From positions 1 to 59,298 of the IMG/VR virus record IMGVR_UViG_3300009508_000017: a DNA stretch of 59,298 bases. The stretch is one strand, 5' to 3'. The DNA comes from a virus (taxonomy: Duplodnaviria > Caudoviricetes). Below are positions 35,826 through 45,300 of this stretch, one piece after another. Both the position numbers and the translations under genes were made by a program. The notes under the pieces were generated by a model. That model ran no database searches, had not been told where the DNA came from, and saw nothing but the letters and a program-made list of their open reading frames with translations. The stretch's first letter is position 1. Each line of letters opens with the position of its first letter.

Positions 35826-36824
35826 CTATCTTAAAGGTGCTCGTTGGCCGTTTGACTGTCCTAAATATTGATAAAGTTGTTCATTAGACAGCTGGGTGAC
35901 ATCACTAGCAGATTGATTAGTGTTTACCGGTTGTGCCGTGCTCCCAGAGGTTAAAACTCTAGCCTGATTTCCGACAGAGGGAGGAAGTTGTTGAGAGGCT
36001 TGCTGTACCACTTGCTGTTGCATGTGGGGTTGCTTGCCTTTTATATTTCCGAATTCCCTTGCCATCAACTCAGGCCATTTTGGCGACTGAAAGATTGGCG
36101 AATAGTCAGGGTTATTTGAAGCCTGGGTTACGAAATTATCAAACTCTTTACGATAAAGTGAATTATTATCGTTAAGATCTGGGTATTCGGAAACTGCCTT
36201 CTCCCTACTCTCCGTCGACTTTTGTCTCTGGGTGGTTTTGAACTCTGCTTGCATACGATCTTCAGCAATAACCTGACGGGTTTCAATTTTCTGAATATTT
36301 AGTTCTTTGTTCATTATCTCTCGCTGAAGCGAAAGAGCCTGAACGGTGTCTAAATTTTCAGAAGCTTCTTCAACCTGTTTGGTTAAGTCGTCGATCTCTC
36401 CACGGATTCCGCTAATTTGATCTACCTGTTCCTGATTAGGGTCTCTGGGAGGTTCCGCAGAGGGCTGGACTGGTTGGGAAGTTTCAGACTGTCCATAGAT
36501 GATATTCGCGGCTGCTTGAAAAGATCCATCAAACCCCTCGCTTCGATATAAATCGATAACTTGTTGGTCTTCGTTACTTTTCGGCCGGATTCTCCTCTTG
36601 GCGAGTCTTTCCTCTTCCGTTCCCTGTTCAACAGGTGTTTCTATAACTTCTGCCGTTTCCATTGGAGGGTTCGCCCCCTCTGGTTGGGTCTCGAGATTAA
36701 GCTCCTGTTGGGGAACCTGGCTCTCGGTCTGCGCTGCTAAGAAGTTTCGGAGGTCGTTTGTAGACGCGTCCTCTACTGCTGGTGTATCTTGGGGGGAGTC
36801 AACCACCCCGGTTTCGTTTTCCAT
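35826..36824 (-). CDS. Capsid scaffolding protein
   Basis: Acidic disordered N-terminus and coiled coil; immediately upstream of the major capsid gene. Confidence 0.7.
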   Translation of the reverse strand: MENETGVVDSPQDTPAVEDASTNDLRNFLAAQTESQVPQQELNLETQPEGANPPMETAEVIETPVEQGTEEERLAKRRIRPKSNEDQQVIDLYRSEGFDGSFQAAANIIYGQSETSQPVQPSAEPPRDPNQEQVDQISGIRGEIDDLTKQVEEASENLDTVQALSLQREIMNKELNIQKIETRQVIAEDRMQAEFKTTQRQKSTESREKAVSEYPDLNDNNSLYRKEFDNFVTQASNNPDYSPIFQSPKWPELMAREFGNIKGKQPHMQQQVVQQASQQLPPSVGNQARVLTSGSTAQPVNTNQSASDVTQLSNEQLYQYLGQSNGQRAPLR

Positions 36825-36860
36825 GAACTATGTATAACAAAGTTTACGGATGTTTTCGAC

Positions 36861-36875
36861 CGGTTGTATTATTTT
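36861..36875 (-). promoter_or_regulatory. Late-promoter box AAAATAATACAACCG, copy 2
   Basis: 15 bp identical to 38365-38379; upstream of the scaffold/capsid genes. Confidence 0.65.
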
Positions 36876-37146
36876 AACACTTCCACCTGGCTCTAGCGGC
36901 TTTGCCTCTCTCACCGTTCCAGCTCTTAGATCTAGCGCAAAATGCTTTACGTCGTTTTGCTGCTTTTCCACCTTTTTTGACTTTACCTGTAACGGCAGTC
37001 TTGAGTTTAGATCCAGGGTTGGCTTTGCGATACGCAGCCACTCCCTTCTTCGTCATGCCGGCTCCAGCCTTAGCGGTGCGGTAGTTAGCTCCCTTACCTT
37101 TAGTGGTTTTAGGGATCCGTTTACTGGGCTTCCTTTTAGTAGCCAC
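36874..37146 (-). CDS. Small basic phage protein (DUF6321-like)
   Basis: GMTKKGVAAYRKANPGSKLK...RRKAFCAR...RWKC. Confidence 0.75.
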   Translation of the reverse strand: MATKRKPSKRIPKTTKGKGANYRTAKAGAGMTKKGVAAYRKANPGSKLKTAVTGKVKKGGKAAKRRKAFCARSKSWNGERGKAARARWKC

Positions 37147-37282
37147 CTTTTTTGCCGGTCACTTGACCTGGTTTTTTGGGCTTCCCGCTAGAAGCTTTCT
37201 CGGAAATACACTTACCGATCTTTTGACATGTTTTTGGGTTAATACATTTACCCCCTGGTGCTGAACATCCTTTTTTACTCAT
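37136..37282 (-). CDS. Small basic Cys-rich protein (48 aa; not in ORF track)
   Basis: MSKKGCSAPGGKCINPKTCQKIGKCISEKASSGKPKKPGQVTGKKGGY, ATGA-coupled. Confidence 0.65.
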   Translation of the reverse strand: MSKKGCSAPGGKCINPKTCQKIGKCISEKASSGKPKKPGQVTGKKGGY

Positions 37283-37533
37283 TTTAAGTTATTGCTGCGG
37301 ACTGTTATGATTAATTCGTCCAATTTTTTAAATATTTCTGAAAGATTTGCATCAATGCGTTTTACATTAGAATACAATTCCTGATTTTCTTGTCCCTGTT
37401 TAGCCATATCGACTCTAAGATTATCAATCTTGACTTCATTGTCTCGGATTCTTCCGGTCATATATTTCATTATAAATCCGAATAGACCGAGAACTATACC
37501 AAGTAAGATATCAACTATGTCGTATGCACTCAT
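37279..37533 (-). CDS. Single-TM coiled-coil protein (possible lysis accessory)
   Basis: N-terminal hydrophobic helix followed by heptads. Confidence 0.6.
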   Translation of the reverse strand: MSAYDIVDILLGIVLGLFGFIMKYMTGRIRDNEVKIDNLRVDMAKQGQENQELYSNVKRIDANLSEIFKKLDELIITVRSNNLK

Positions 37534-37940
37534 TTTCCGGCTGCTTGTCCAAAGTAAAAAGAAGATACTGCTAAAAATACGGTTCTGTTTTCTTTAACTA
37601 ATAAGTACCCGTCTACTTGATGGTAAGAAATCTTATCCTTACCTCCAATAAGACCAAAAAGCCATTCTCTTGACTGTTCGTTAATTTCAACGAAAGTCGG
37701 TACAGAAAAGAAAGAAGCCAAGAAGGGAAATCCTATGACCGCTAGAACTACGCTTATAACAATAAAACGTCGTACTACGACACCCCCTCGCGAGGCAGCT
37801 TTGTCAGCACTTTCGTCTGACGCTTTTTGAGCACTTATCGCTCGCTTTAGGGCTTCGTCCTTAGCCTTGCGACTTTCGGCCATAAATCTAAAGACAAAGC
37901 CCAAAGCAGACGAGGCCCCCATTACTAGGAGATCCGTCAT
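37530..37940 (-). CDS. Holin-like membrane protein
   Basis: Two or three hydrophobic segments; C-terminal SFYFG. Confidence 0.55.
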   Translation of the reverse strand: MTDLLVMGASSALGFVFRFMAESRKAKDEALKRAISAQKASDESADKAASRGGVVVRRFIVISVVLAVIGFPFLASFFSVPTFVEINEQSREWLFGLIGGKDKISYHQVDGYLLVKENRTVFLAVSSFYFGQAAGK

Positions 37941-37950
37941 GCGATTAAAA

Positions 37951-38304
37951 TCAGGTAATTGTTATTGCGCCAGCAGCGGAAGTCGTTGCAGATTTTCCGA
38001 TACCGTTTTCTGCCTCTACTCCGTAGATATAAGTTCCAGCGTTAGATTCTTCGTACTGAACAGTAAAAGAATTCGTTGTAGAAGGATCGGCAGTTGGAGC
38101 TGCTCCAACGAAAGCTGCGGATGCGGTTGAGTCTACTACTCCAGAAGCGATGTCCCAAATAGAGTTAGTAGTGTTCCAAGTAACTGTAGCAACTGCTTCG
38201 GTGGCAGCGGCACTTGTTACTGCTGCTCCGTCTGCGGAACGATAAATTGTGAAAAGATCCTCGTTGTCCGAGTTGTCTGTAAATGCGATTTGTACTGTAG
38301 CCAT
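37951..38304 (-). CDS. Stand-alone fibronectin type III domain lacking strand A (117 aa)
   Basis: Starts at strand B (TVQIAFTDNSDNEDLFTIYRSADG); strand F TYIYGVEAENGIGKS; in-frame TAA five codons upstream of the ATG. Confidence 0.8.
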   Translation of the reverse strand: MATVQIAFTDNSDNEDLFTIYRSADGAAVTSAAATEAVATVTWNTTNSIWDIASGVVDSTASAAFVGAAPTADPSTTNSFTVQYEESNAGTYIYGVEAENGIGKSATTSAAGAITIT

Positions 38305-38364
38305 GATAAAATAAGGTTAATGGTTAAGACTATAAAATAACACCTAATGCCCTCTTTTGAGGAT

Positions 38365-38379
38365 CGGTTGTATTATTTT
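38365..38379 (-). promoter_or_regulatory. Late-promoter box AAAATAATACAACCG, copy 1
   Basis: Identical to 36861-36875; upstream of the Fn3 gene. Confidence 0.65.
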
Positions 38380-41300
38380 TAAAAGAAAGTTTTTATCGTC
38401 ACATCCGAAAGCCTAGAGCCTATATAGTATAACGAGGTGTCTATAATTAGATCTGAACCATTTGTAGGATTACTGGCAGTATGAAAAGTTACATAATCTT
38501 CAACTTCTTCTATTACTTCATAAAAGTAACCCCTAGGAATAGCTGTTGACAGGTAAGAGCTTGCAGCTGAATTTTCTTTCCTTAGCAGAGGCTGTCCTGA
38601 TCCTGAAATTCCCTCGACAAGAGCGTAGTTTCCCTGAACATAATACACTCCTGCACCGGTTGAGAAAGAGTTTTTGATAAGCACCTTTTGACCAATGGTC
38701 AAAGCATCATTTGGCTGTTCCACGTCAACGGGTTGTTTCTTTTGATACTGGATTTGATTGCTTGCGGAATAATGTCTAATTCTAAGCCAATCACCTGCGG
38801 TCAAATAGTGTGCACCCGTGCTAGGAAATCCAGGAGCATTAACTGATCCGTTACCATTTACTGAAAGCCAATATGGTTGAAAATTTCCAAAATCTACGTC
38901 TTTGTAAGTAAGTCCTACCTCAAGGGACTTCCCAAGAACTACCTGGAACTGAGTATACCCGTCTCTGTTACCTGACATTGTTTGAGCTGAAGAAGCTCCA
39001 GTATTGTAACCATTAGGGCCAGCAGTTTTCTCAATACCTCCTCCTGGGTAAGTGGTGACGACACCAGCGGCTTTTACTCCTTCAAAGAAAGAAACAGAGT
39101 TTATTGTTCTACCATTAAAGCAGAGGACTTTTAAACCGTAAATAAGAGTTCCAGAAGGCACTTCAACGCTTGCAGTATTTATGCATGTACAGTTCTGAGT
39201 ATTGTTTGTTCCAGTAGAACCTGTCCAGGGCAATGTAATCGAATTTCCAGTCGAAGTAAGAGCAGCTACTTGAAGTATTCCAACATCTGCATAAGGTCTT
39301 TCGAACACTACGGTGTAAGTTCCTGCTCCTACTGGAGATGAAAACATTTGCTTGATAACTATATCTGTATTATAGCCTGTTAAAAACCCTGAATAGAGCC
39401 CTACAGTGTCTGCGGCTCCGGTTACCTTAGTCCAACCTACTGGGGCTTCAAAAGGTGAAGTACTCGGAGGAGTAGCGTATTCCCATTTTGTCCCACGATC
39501 AGACATATTTACCCATTCCCAATTTCCTGTGTTTTGATTGCTTGACCAATAGGGATAATCCCGTGGGTCATTTGGGTCTTCCATCCTTTGAAGTGCTCCA
39601 CCCCCTCCGCCTCCGACTCCATGTAAAACAGTGCCAACAGGAAATACGATGCTTGGGTCACCTAAAGCAAATGGATCCAAGACAATTATGTTCACAGGAG
39701 CATCCCCTGCTCCACCATTTGTCCCATCGTTTTGAGGGTCTGCCACGATTTGCTGGACAGCATCAAGTGTTCCGTTTACTAACAGCTCTGAGCCCTCTCT
39801 AATATATTCCTTGTTTTGCCATCTTACTGGTTCGTCGTAAATAAAATCGGCTGTGGGTGGGAAAGTTGCATATGGAAATGCTCCTACTCTTATTGGAGTT
39901 CTGGGTGCATTTGGAGTGAGAAGACCAGTGATAGTAGTGTTGACTGCGGCAACTGCATTTGGGGCAGTATTTATAATAGGTATTTGAGGCGCGTTTGGAT
40001 CGTAAGATACAGTAGGTACCAATGTCTGGTTCGGTCCTACGAACAATCCAATTACTGGTGCTTGAGGCGCAACTGGTGTTGCTAATACTACTGGCACTTG
40101 AGGAGCGGTAGGTCTTGCGGACACTCCAATCACAGGTGCTTGAGGCGCACTTGGTGATTTTGTTATATAGAATATAGAGTTGAGTGTTGGTGCTGCTGGG
40201 TTTGAAACAGAAGTTACTGAAGAAACCTGGCCAGGTCCATGAGCTACGAGCACCTGGTCTACTGCACCTGGTTTTCCTCCAACTGTGATTGTCTGAGGAG
40301 TGTTTGGAGAGTTCTGTACCGTAGGAACCAGTGTTTGGTTTGGCACTCCCACTACAGAAACTGTCTGAGGAGTGTTTGGAGTGTGAGATACCACAGGAAT
40401 TTGTGGAGCTGAGGCACTTTCCCCAGAAGTCACTATTTGCGGTGCTGAAGGTGATTTCTGTATAACAAGCAAACCCTTTAAGGTTGCTGCATTTGGAGAA
40501 TGTTCGACAGTTACAAGAGCTGGCATTCCCACAGTTACTACCGAAGTCAAGAACTGAGGAGCGTTTGGTGCGAACAACATTAGTTGCGTACTTACAACTG
40601 CTGGAGCTCCTGGATTTGTTTCTATTACCTGAGGAGCGTTAGGAGAAACTGTAATAACAGGTGTAGTAACAGCGACTGGTTTGCTTATTGCGGTTACAAT
40701 CGCTGGAGCTTCTGGTATGTGGTCTACAGATATTATAGAGATACTGTTCGGAGCTGTAGAAAGAACAGGAACTTGAGGAGCCACAGGTCTTGCTCCAGCT
40801 GTTACAACTTGAGGCGCATTCGGGTTGTGAGAAATGACCGGAATTCCTGGTCTTGAAAGGAGTTTTATTGTTGTTACGATACCTACAGGTTGAGGTATAG
40901 TAGAAACTGTTATTGGAGCTACCTGATTTGGAGCGGTTACTATAGAAGCTACAGGAATCTGTACTGCAACAGGAGGGGTGTGTATTATTCGATCTATAAC
41001 AGGAGCGTTTGGATCGCTTACTATTACAGGTATCGTAGTCTGATCTGGAGACTTGGAAAGAGTTACGGTAGAGACTCTGCCTGGAGAATGTTCGGATGTA
41101 ACTAATTGAGCTGCATTCGGGTCGTGCTCTATGGTTACAGATACAACTCCGTTTGGTTCTGATGCAATACCTACAAATGCAGGAGCCAATGGGGGTCTTG
41201 TAATTCCTCGGTATAGACTGTAATCAGAAGCTAAAGGAGTGTTTGCAAACTCAACGTATTCCCATGTAGATCCCCTGTCACTAAGTTCAAATATTTGAGC

Positions 41301-42068
41301 AGTTTCAGTTCCACCTATTAAGCCGTCATCTGTTTGTAAAAGATCAAACGGACCTCCTGTGGAAGAAAGGTATTTCTGAATTTTAACGATTTCGTTCTCG
41401 TATCCGAGAGGATAGTCTGGTTCGTTTGGTGAGTTCGCAAATCCAAAAGGTACGAGAATTGAGATGTAATCTGTTTGCACAGAGGAGTATCTCCAAAGTC
41501 CGATATGAGGAGCATTGTTTTCGTAAGCTTCTGCCTGAGTAATTGTGACTGCGTTTGGATCGCTTTGAACCGTAATGCTTGCAGGCATAAGAACATTGTT
41601 TCCAGAACTGACAACAAGAGGTTTGTTGGGCTGGTGTTCGACAGTAATAGCAGGTGCATTTGGACTTTGAACCACTGTTGTAACAGCGGGAGCTTTTGGG
41701 TCTTGCCCAACGACCACTACCCCAGGAGCAATGGGATCTGTTATAACACCAATGGGCTTTGGTTGACCAGGAGTGTTATTAATAACAGGTGCTAGTGTTG
41801 CATTTGGATCTACTGAAATGGTAACAGCAGCTGCATTTGGACTAAATTGAATTGCAGGAACGAGAGGCTGATTAGGCTGAAAATTTACAAGGACTCCATA
41901 TTTTAAAGGAGGTCCTGGAAGAAAAGGCCCAGCATATCTGGGAGGAGCTCCAAGAGGATCTACTTTACCAAAAGGTTTTACCCTATCGGAAAGACCAGCT
42001 AGCTCATCCCCGTAGGGTAATATTCGATCTACCAGACCGTCTACTTTATCTTCCAAGGGTGCAATCAT
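38379..42068 (-). CDS. Fibre/scaffold protein (1229 aa) with about 45 Pro-rich 12-aa repeats and C-terminal globular domains
   Basis: Repeat blocks at 41526-41876 (10 units) and 39885-41192 (35 units). Confidence 0.8.
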   Translation of the reverse strand: MIAPLEDKVDGLVDRILPYGDELAGLSDRVKPFGKVDPLGAPPRYAGPFLPGPPLKYGVLVNFQPNQPLVPAIQFSPNAAAVTISVDPNATLAPVINNTPGQPKPIGVITDPIAPGVVVVGQDPKAPAVTTVVQSPNAPAITVEHQPNKPLVVSSGNNVLMPASITVQSDPNAVTITQAEAYENNAPHIGLWRYSSVQTDYISILVPFGFANSPNEPDYPLGYENEIVKIQKYLSSTGGPFDLLQTDDGLIGGTETAQIFELSDRGSTWEYVEFANTPLASDYSLYRGITRPPLAPAFVGIASEPNGVVSVTIEHDPNAAQLVTSEHSPGRVSTVTLSKSPDQTTIPVIVSDPNAPVIDRIIHTPPVAVQIPVASIVTAPNQVAPITVSTIPQPVGIVTTIKLLSRPGIPVISHNPNAPQVVTAGARPVAPQVPVLSTAPNSISIISVDHIPEAPAIVTAISKPVAVTTPVITVSPNAPQVIETNPGAPAVVSTQLMLFAPNAPQFLTSVVTVGMPALVTVEHSPNAATLKGLLVIQKSPSAPQIVTSGESASAPQIPVVSHTPNTPQTVSVVGVPNQTLVPTVQNSPNTPQTITVGGKPGAVDQVLVAHGPGQVSSVTSVSNPAAPTLNSIFYITKSPSAPQAPVIGVSARPTAPQVPVVLATPVAPQAPVIGLFVGPNQTLVPTVSYDPNAPQIPIINTAPNAVAAVNTTITGLLTPNAPRTPIRVGAFPYATFPPTADFIYDEPVRWQNKEYIREGSELLVNGTLDAVQQIVADPQNDGTNGGAGDAPVNIIVLDPFALGDPSIVFPVGTVLHGVGGGGGGALQRMEDPNDPRDYPYWSSNQNTGNWEWVNMSDRGTKWEYATPPSTSPFEAPVGWTKVTGAADTVGLYSGFLTGYNTDIVIKQMFSSPVGAGTYTVVFERPYADVGILQVAALTSTGNSITLPWTGSTGTNNTQNCTCINTASVEVPSGTLIYGLKVLCFNGRTINSVSFFEGVKAAGVVTTYPGGGIEKTAGPNGYNTGASSAQTMSGNRDGYTQFQVVLGKSLEVGLTYKDVDFGNFQPYWLSVNGNGSVNAPGFPSTGAHYLTAGDWLRIRHYSASNQIQYQKKQPVDVEQPNDALTIGQKVLIKNSFSTGAGVYYVQGNYALVEGISGSGQPLLRKENSAASSYLSTAIPRGYFYEVIEEVEDYVTFHTASNPTNGSDLIIDTSLYYIGSRLSDVTIKTFF

Positions 42069-42334
42069 CTAAACATGTCAGGGTGGCGTGCTTTAGTTTT
42101 TTTAGCAGCCCTAGACAAGTTTGCCTCAGCAATCTTTGTAGGAGACATTAAATCAAGAGCGTTAAGCACTGCTTTTAAATTAAGAGTTTCTTGGTCAGAA
42201 GTGTCTGCTTTTAACATTTTAGTTAAATATCTTTCCTTTTCTTTCTGGAAAGCTCTTTCAATAATCTGAAAGGACTCACTATTAATGAGCCTTTTCATAT
42301 CAGAAAGATTGTCATATATTATAATGTCGCTCAT
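42065..42334 (-). CDS. Small helical protein of the kind often found after podovirus portal genes
   Basis: 89 aa; DMKRLINSESFQII pattern; coupled to its neighbours. Confidence 0.65.
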   Translation of the reverse strand: MSDIIIYDNLSDMKRLINSESFQIIERAFQKEKERYLTKMLKADTSDQETLNLKAVLNALDLMSPTKIAEANLSRAAKKTKARHPDMFR

Positions 42335-45300
42335 TAAAATGCGTGTGATGTGGTTGGTAGTCTGTACCAGGAGTTGTCGCTAGCACTGAAAGTAATTACT
42401 ACCCCGTCTCGTTTTACAAAAACAGTACCCGAATCGTCTACAAATTCGATTTTACTGTCTCCATAATCTACTCCACTTACGGAATCGACTCCAGAAGGTA
42501 TTGCTGCAGAAATTTCAGTTAAAGTCGGGTCGGTAGCTAAAGGATTTCCAAAAGATCCTGCTGATCTCCAATTGCTGTACAGATCACAAGGAGCTTGAGG
42601 GAAGTTGATAACACCTACAGTTCCGTCAACATACAATATTCCAATAGTAGTAACATATCCGTTTTGATCGGAGGCTGTCGGTACAGAAGTGTTGTCTGCG
42701 TAATCATGGACACTTTTTCCTGAGTTGTGGTCTGTGCCTATGCGGAAACATTTCTTAATTGGTACAGCAGTGTCTATGGAGTCACCAACACCTGCTCCGG
42801 TAAAATGTATTCCCCAATAGAGAGGTCTAATGACAGACTTTTCTATAAAGGCTCCTCCTGAATCCAGTTCGTCATACCAAGTCATTATAGGATGCCATAC
42901 GAACCTAAAATTCATGGGTCCGAAGACTCCTGGATTCAGTTTACCACTATAGTCGATAGTGGTCGCACCTCCTGTAGAACCTGTGTAGCCTCCTGCAAGA
43001 ATTGGAGTAGGATTTCGAAGATTTCCTCCTGGGGCCCAGGCAGTCCAATGGTTCCTGCCCATGAAATAGAGTTTTTTGTCTGACTTGTAGAAAAGATTAA
43101 ACTCATGACCACAATAGAAGGTGTGCATTCCTGAGATGGCATCATTAGTAAGTACCTGGAATGACGAGCTGCTTCTTGGGGAAGAGAGGTAAGTGTGGTA
43201 ATTAGAGCCTGTACCAGATCCAACACTTCCAAAACCTGAACTGGTGCTTGATCCGTGAAGGTTCGTACCTTCTTGAAAAAGCATACTGCCTCCAGAGAGT
43301 GCAAAATACTGTTTATCCCAGCCTATCGTGTTATCGGAAGGCTTTCCCCCGTCTATTAATTTTAATGGAGAGGTTGTATCCCAATCGACTCCTTGTGCGC
43401 CCAGACCGGTCGTTCCGCCCGCAGATCCCGCCACATCTTGTAAGCAGTTGTAATGACCTATGAACCAAAGGTCGGTTTTCAGTCCTGTGTTTCCGTGACT
43501 AACAATGAAAATACCCTGTTGTTTTGCAGTACCTCCTTTATCTTCATGTGAAGTTACTTGTATTATACCGTTATATGCAGTTGGCATAGAAGTGTTGTCG
43601 ATATAGTTTGAAGTATCTACCCAAAATGCTTTCAAGGAACTGTAGTTAGGGTCATCTGGAGTATTAGAAGCTGAAGTTGCGTTTAATACTAGATCTCTAC
43701 TGAGTAGAGAATTAGAAGAGGTTTTTGGAGCTGTTGAAAATATTTTATTCTTATAAATTTCCCAATGATTTTCAGAACTAAATCCTGGAGAAACTCCGTA
43801 AACTACGTCATTAGTTTCATGTCCAGCAAAAGCTCTTTTAATCGGAGTTGCTCCACCGAATATGTATGGTTCGGTATCTGAATGTTGATACGAATTACCA
43901 GGGTCGGTCACGGAATGATCAGAAATAGTTTTATTAGTCAGTGTTGCTCTTATTTTTGCACCGCTACCAGTGTTTTGTTCTGAAATTAAAATAGCTGGAA
44001 GGTATTCATACTCTGCTCCTGCCACATCTACCTGGATGTCGTTTTTAGACAATCCTCCAGCTGCGGCAGTGGCGAAAGGACTTGCTGTCTTGGTGCTGGA
44101 CATTTCGGCAACTGTAACTGCAGTGGTGTTTTCAACTGGAGGGCCTGAAAGGCTAGAGTTGTTTGGAGCTATGTCTGCATTATCTCCAACCCCGTCACCA
44201 TCGGTGTCAGCTGATTCGGAAGCATCCAGTGGAAAGGCATCGGCAGTATCAAGTACGCCGTCGTTGTCATCGTCGGTGTCGAACTCATCGTCTATGCCGT
44301 CTCCGTCGGTGTCAGTCCCAGATGCTCGATTTGGATCGAGTGGGAAACTGTCGTTTGTGTCAAGTACTCCATCACCGTCGTCGTCAGTGTCTGAAACATT
44401 GAATGTACCGTCGTTATCTGTATCCAGTCTGACCAATAGTGTGAAATTCTGACCATGTATGTAATCGCCAGTAGCGTCGTTTATAGCTTTAACGGATATA
44501 TAGTAAAGACCTTCAAACTTAGCAAAGGGATCATCAGGAAAAGTAAAAGAAGTAGTGGTTGTGTCGAATTTATCTGAGAACAAGGTAGAGCCCCAACTGC
44601 CAGGATTACTGGTATAGTTAGATGCATTACCACCGTCTCCATAACATCGAACTAAGACTTCGTATCGATCTGCACCTCCTACAGGGTCCCAGGAGAATAC
44701 AGTACCCACAGGGTTGTGTGCTTCTGCATCTAAACTGGTGTCTGCTGGAGTTAGTCCAGTACTTGGTATTGAATAGTTGCCTGGCGGGTCTGCAACTGCA
44801 TCCGTCAATTTGTAAACAGCTAAAGGTAAGTTGTTATCTAGCCAATTGTTGGGGATCGACCAGGTTCCAGAAGAACTGTTTAACATGCCTGAAACTGATT
44901 TATCTTTCCATGCAAAGATTCCGCCTGCTCTAAAATTGTCACCAGACCTGGAAAGGTAGGCTTCTTTAGGTTGATAAACATTACTATACCAGTTATTCGG
45001 GTCTGTAAATGAAATGAAATATAATGCCGACCCACCACCTGAACTTGTTTGAAGATAGCCTGATTTATATCTTCCCGCTACAATTCCTTCAGGGAACCCA
45101 ATATCTGTATATAATGGAGCAGATCCGTAATTAGTTCCATCGTCGTTCGTAGCTGTAAAAGTGTGAGTTCCTGCAGGCATATTAGTGTTGCTATCCCAGC
45201 CACTACCGCCAACCGTTAACGTAAATGAAGTGATTTGATTGTTCGAGTCCTTAGTGTAAACAGGATTTAAAAGGTTCTGAAGAGTTGTGGTTTGATGGTC

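Noticed and set aside
39885-41876. Simple mucin-like or disordered Pro/Thr linker
   Set aside because: The near-strict 12-residue period with alternating Val/Ile fits beta strands better than a low-complexity linker, although this has not been tested.
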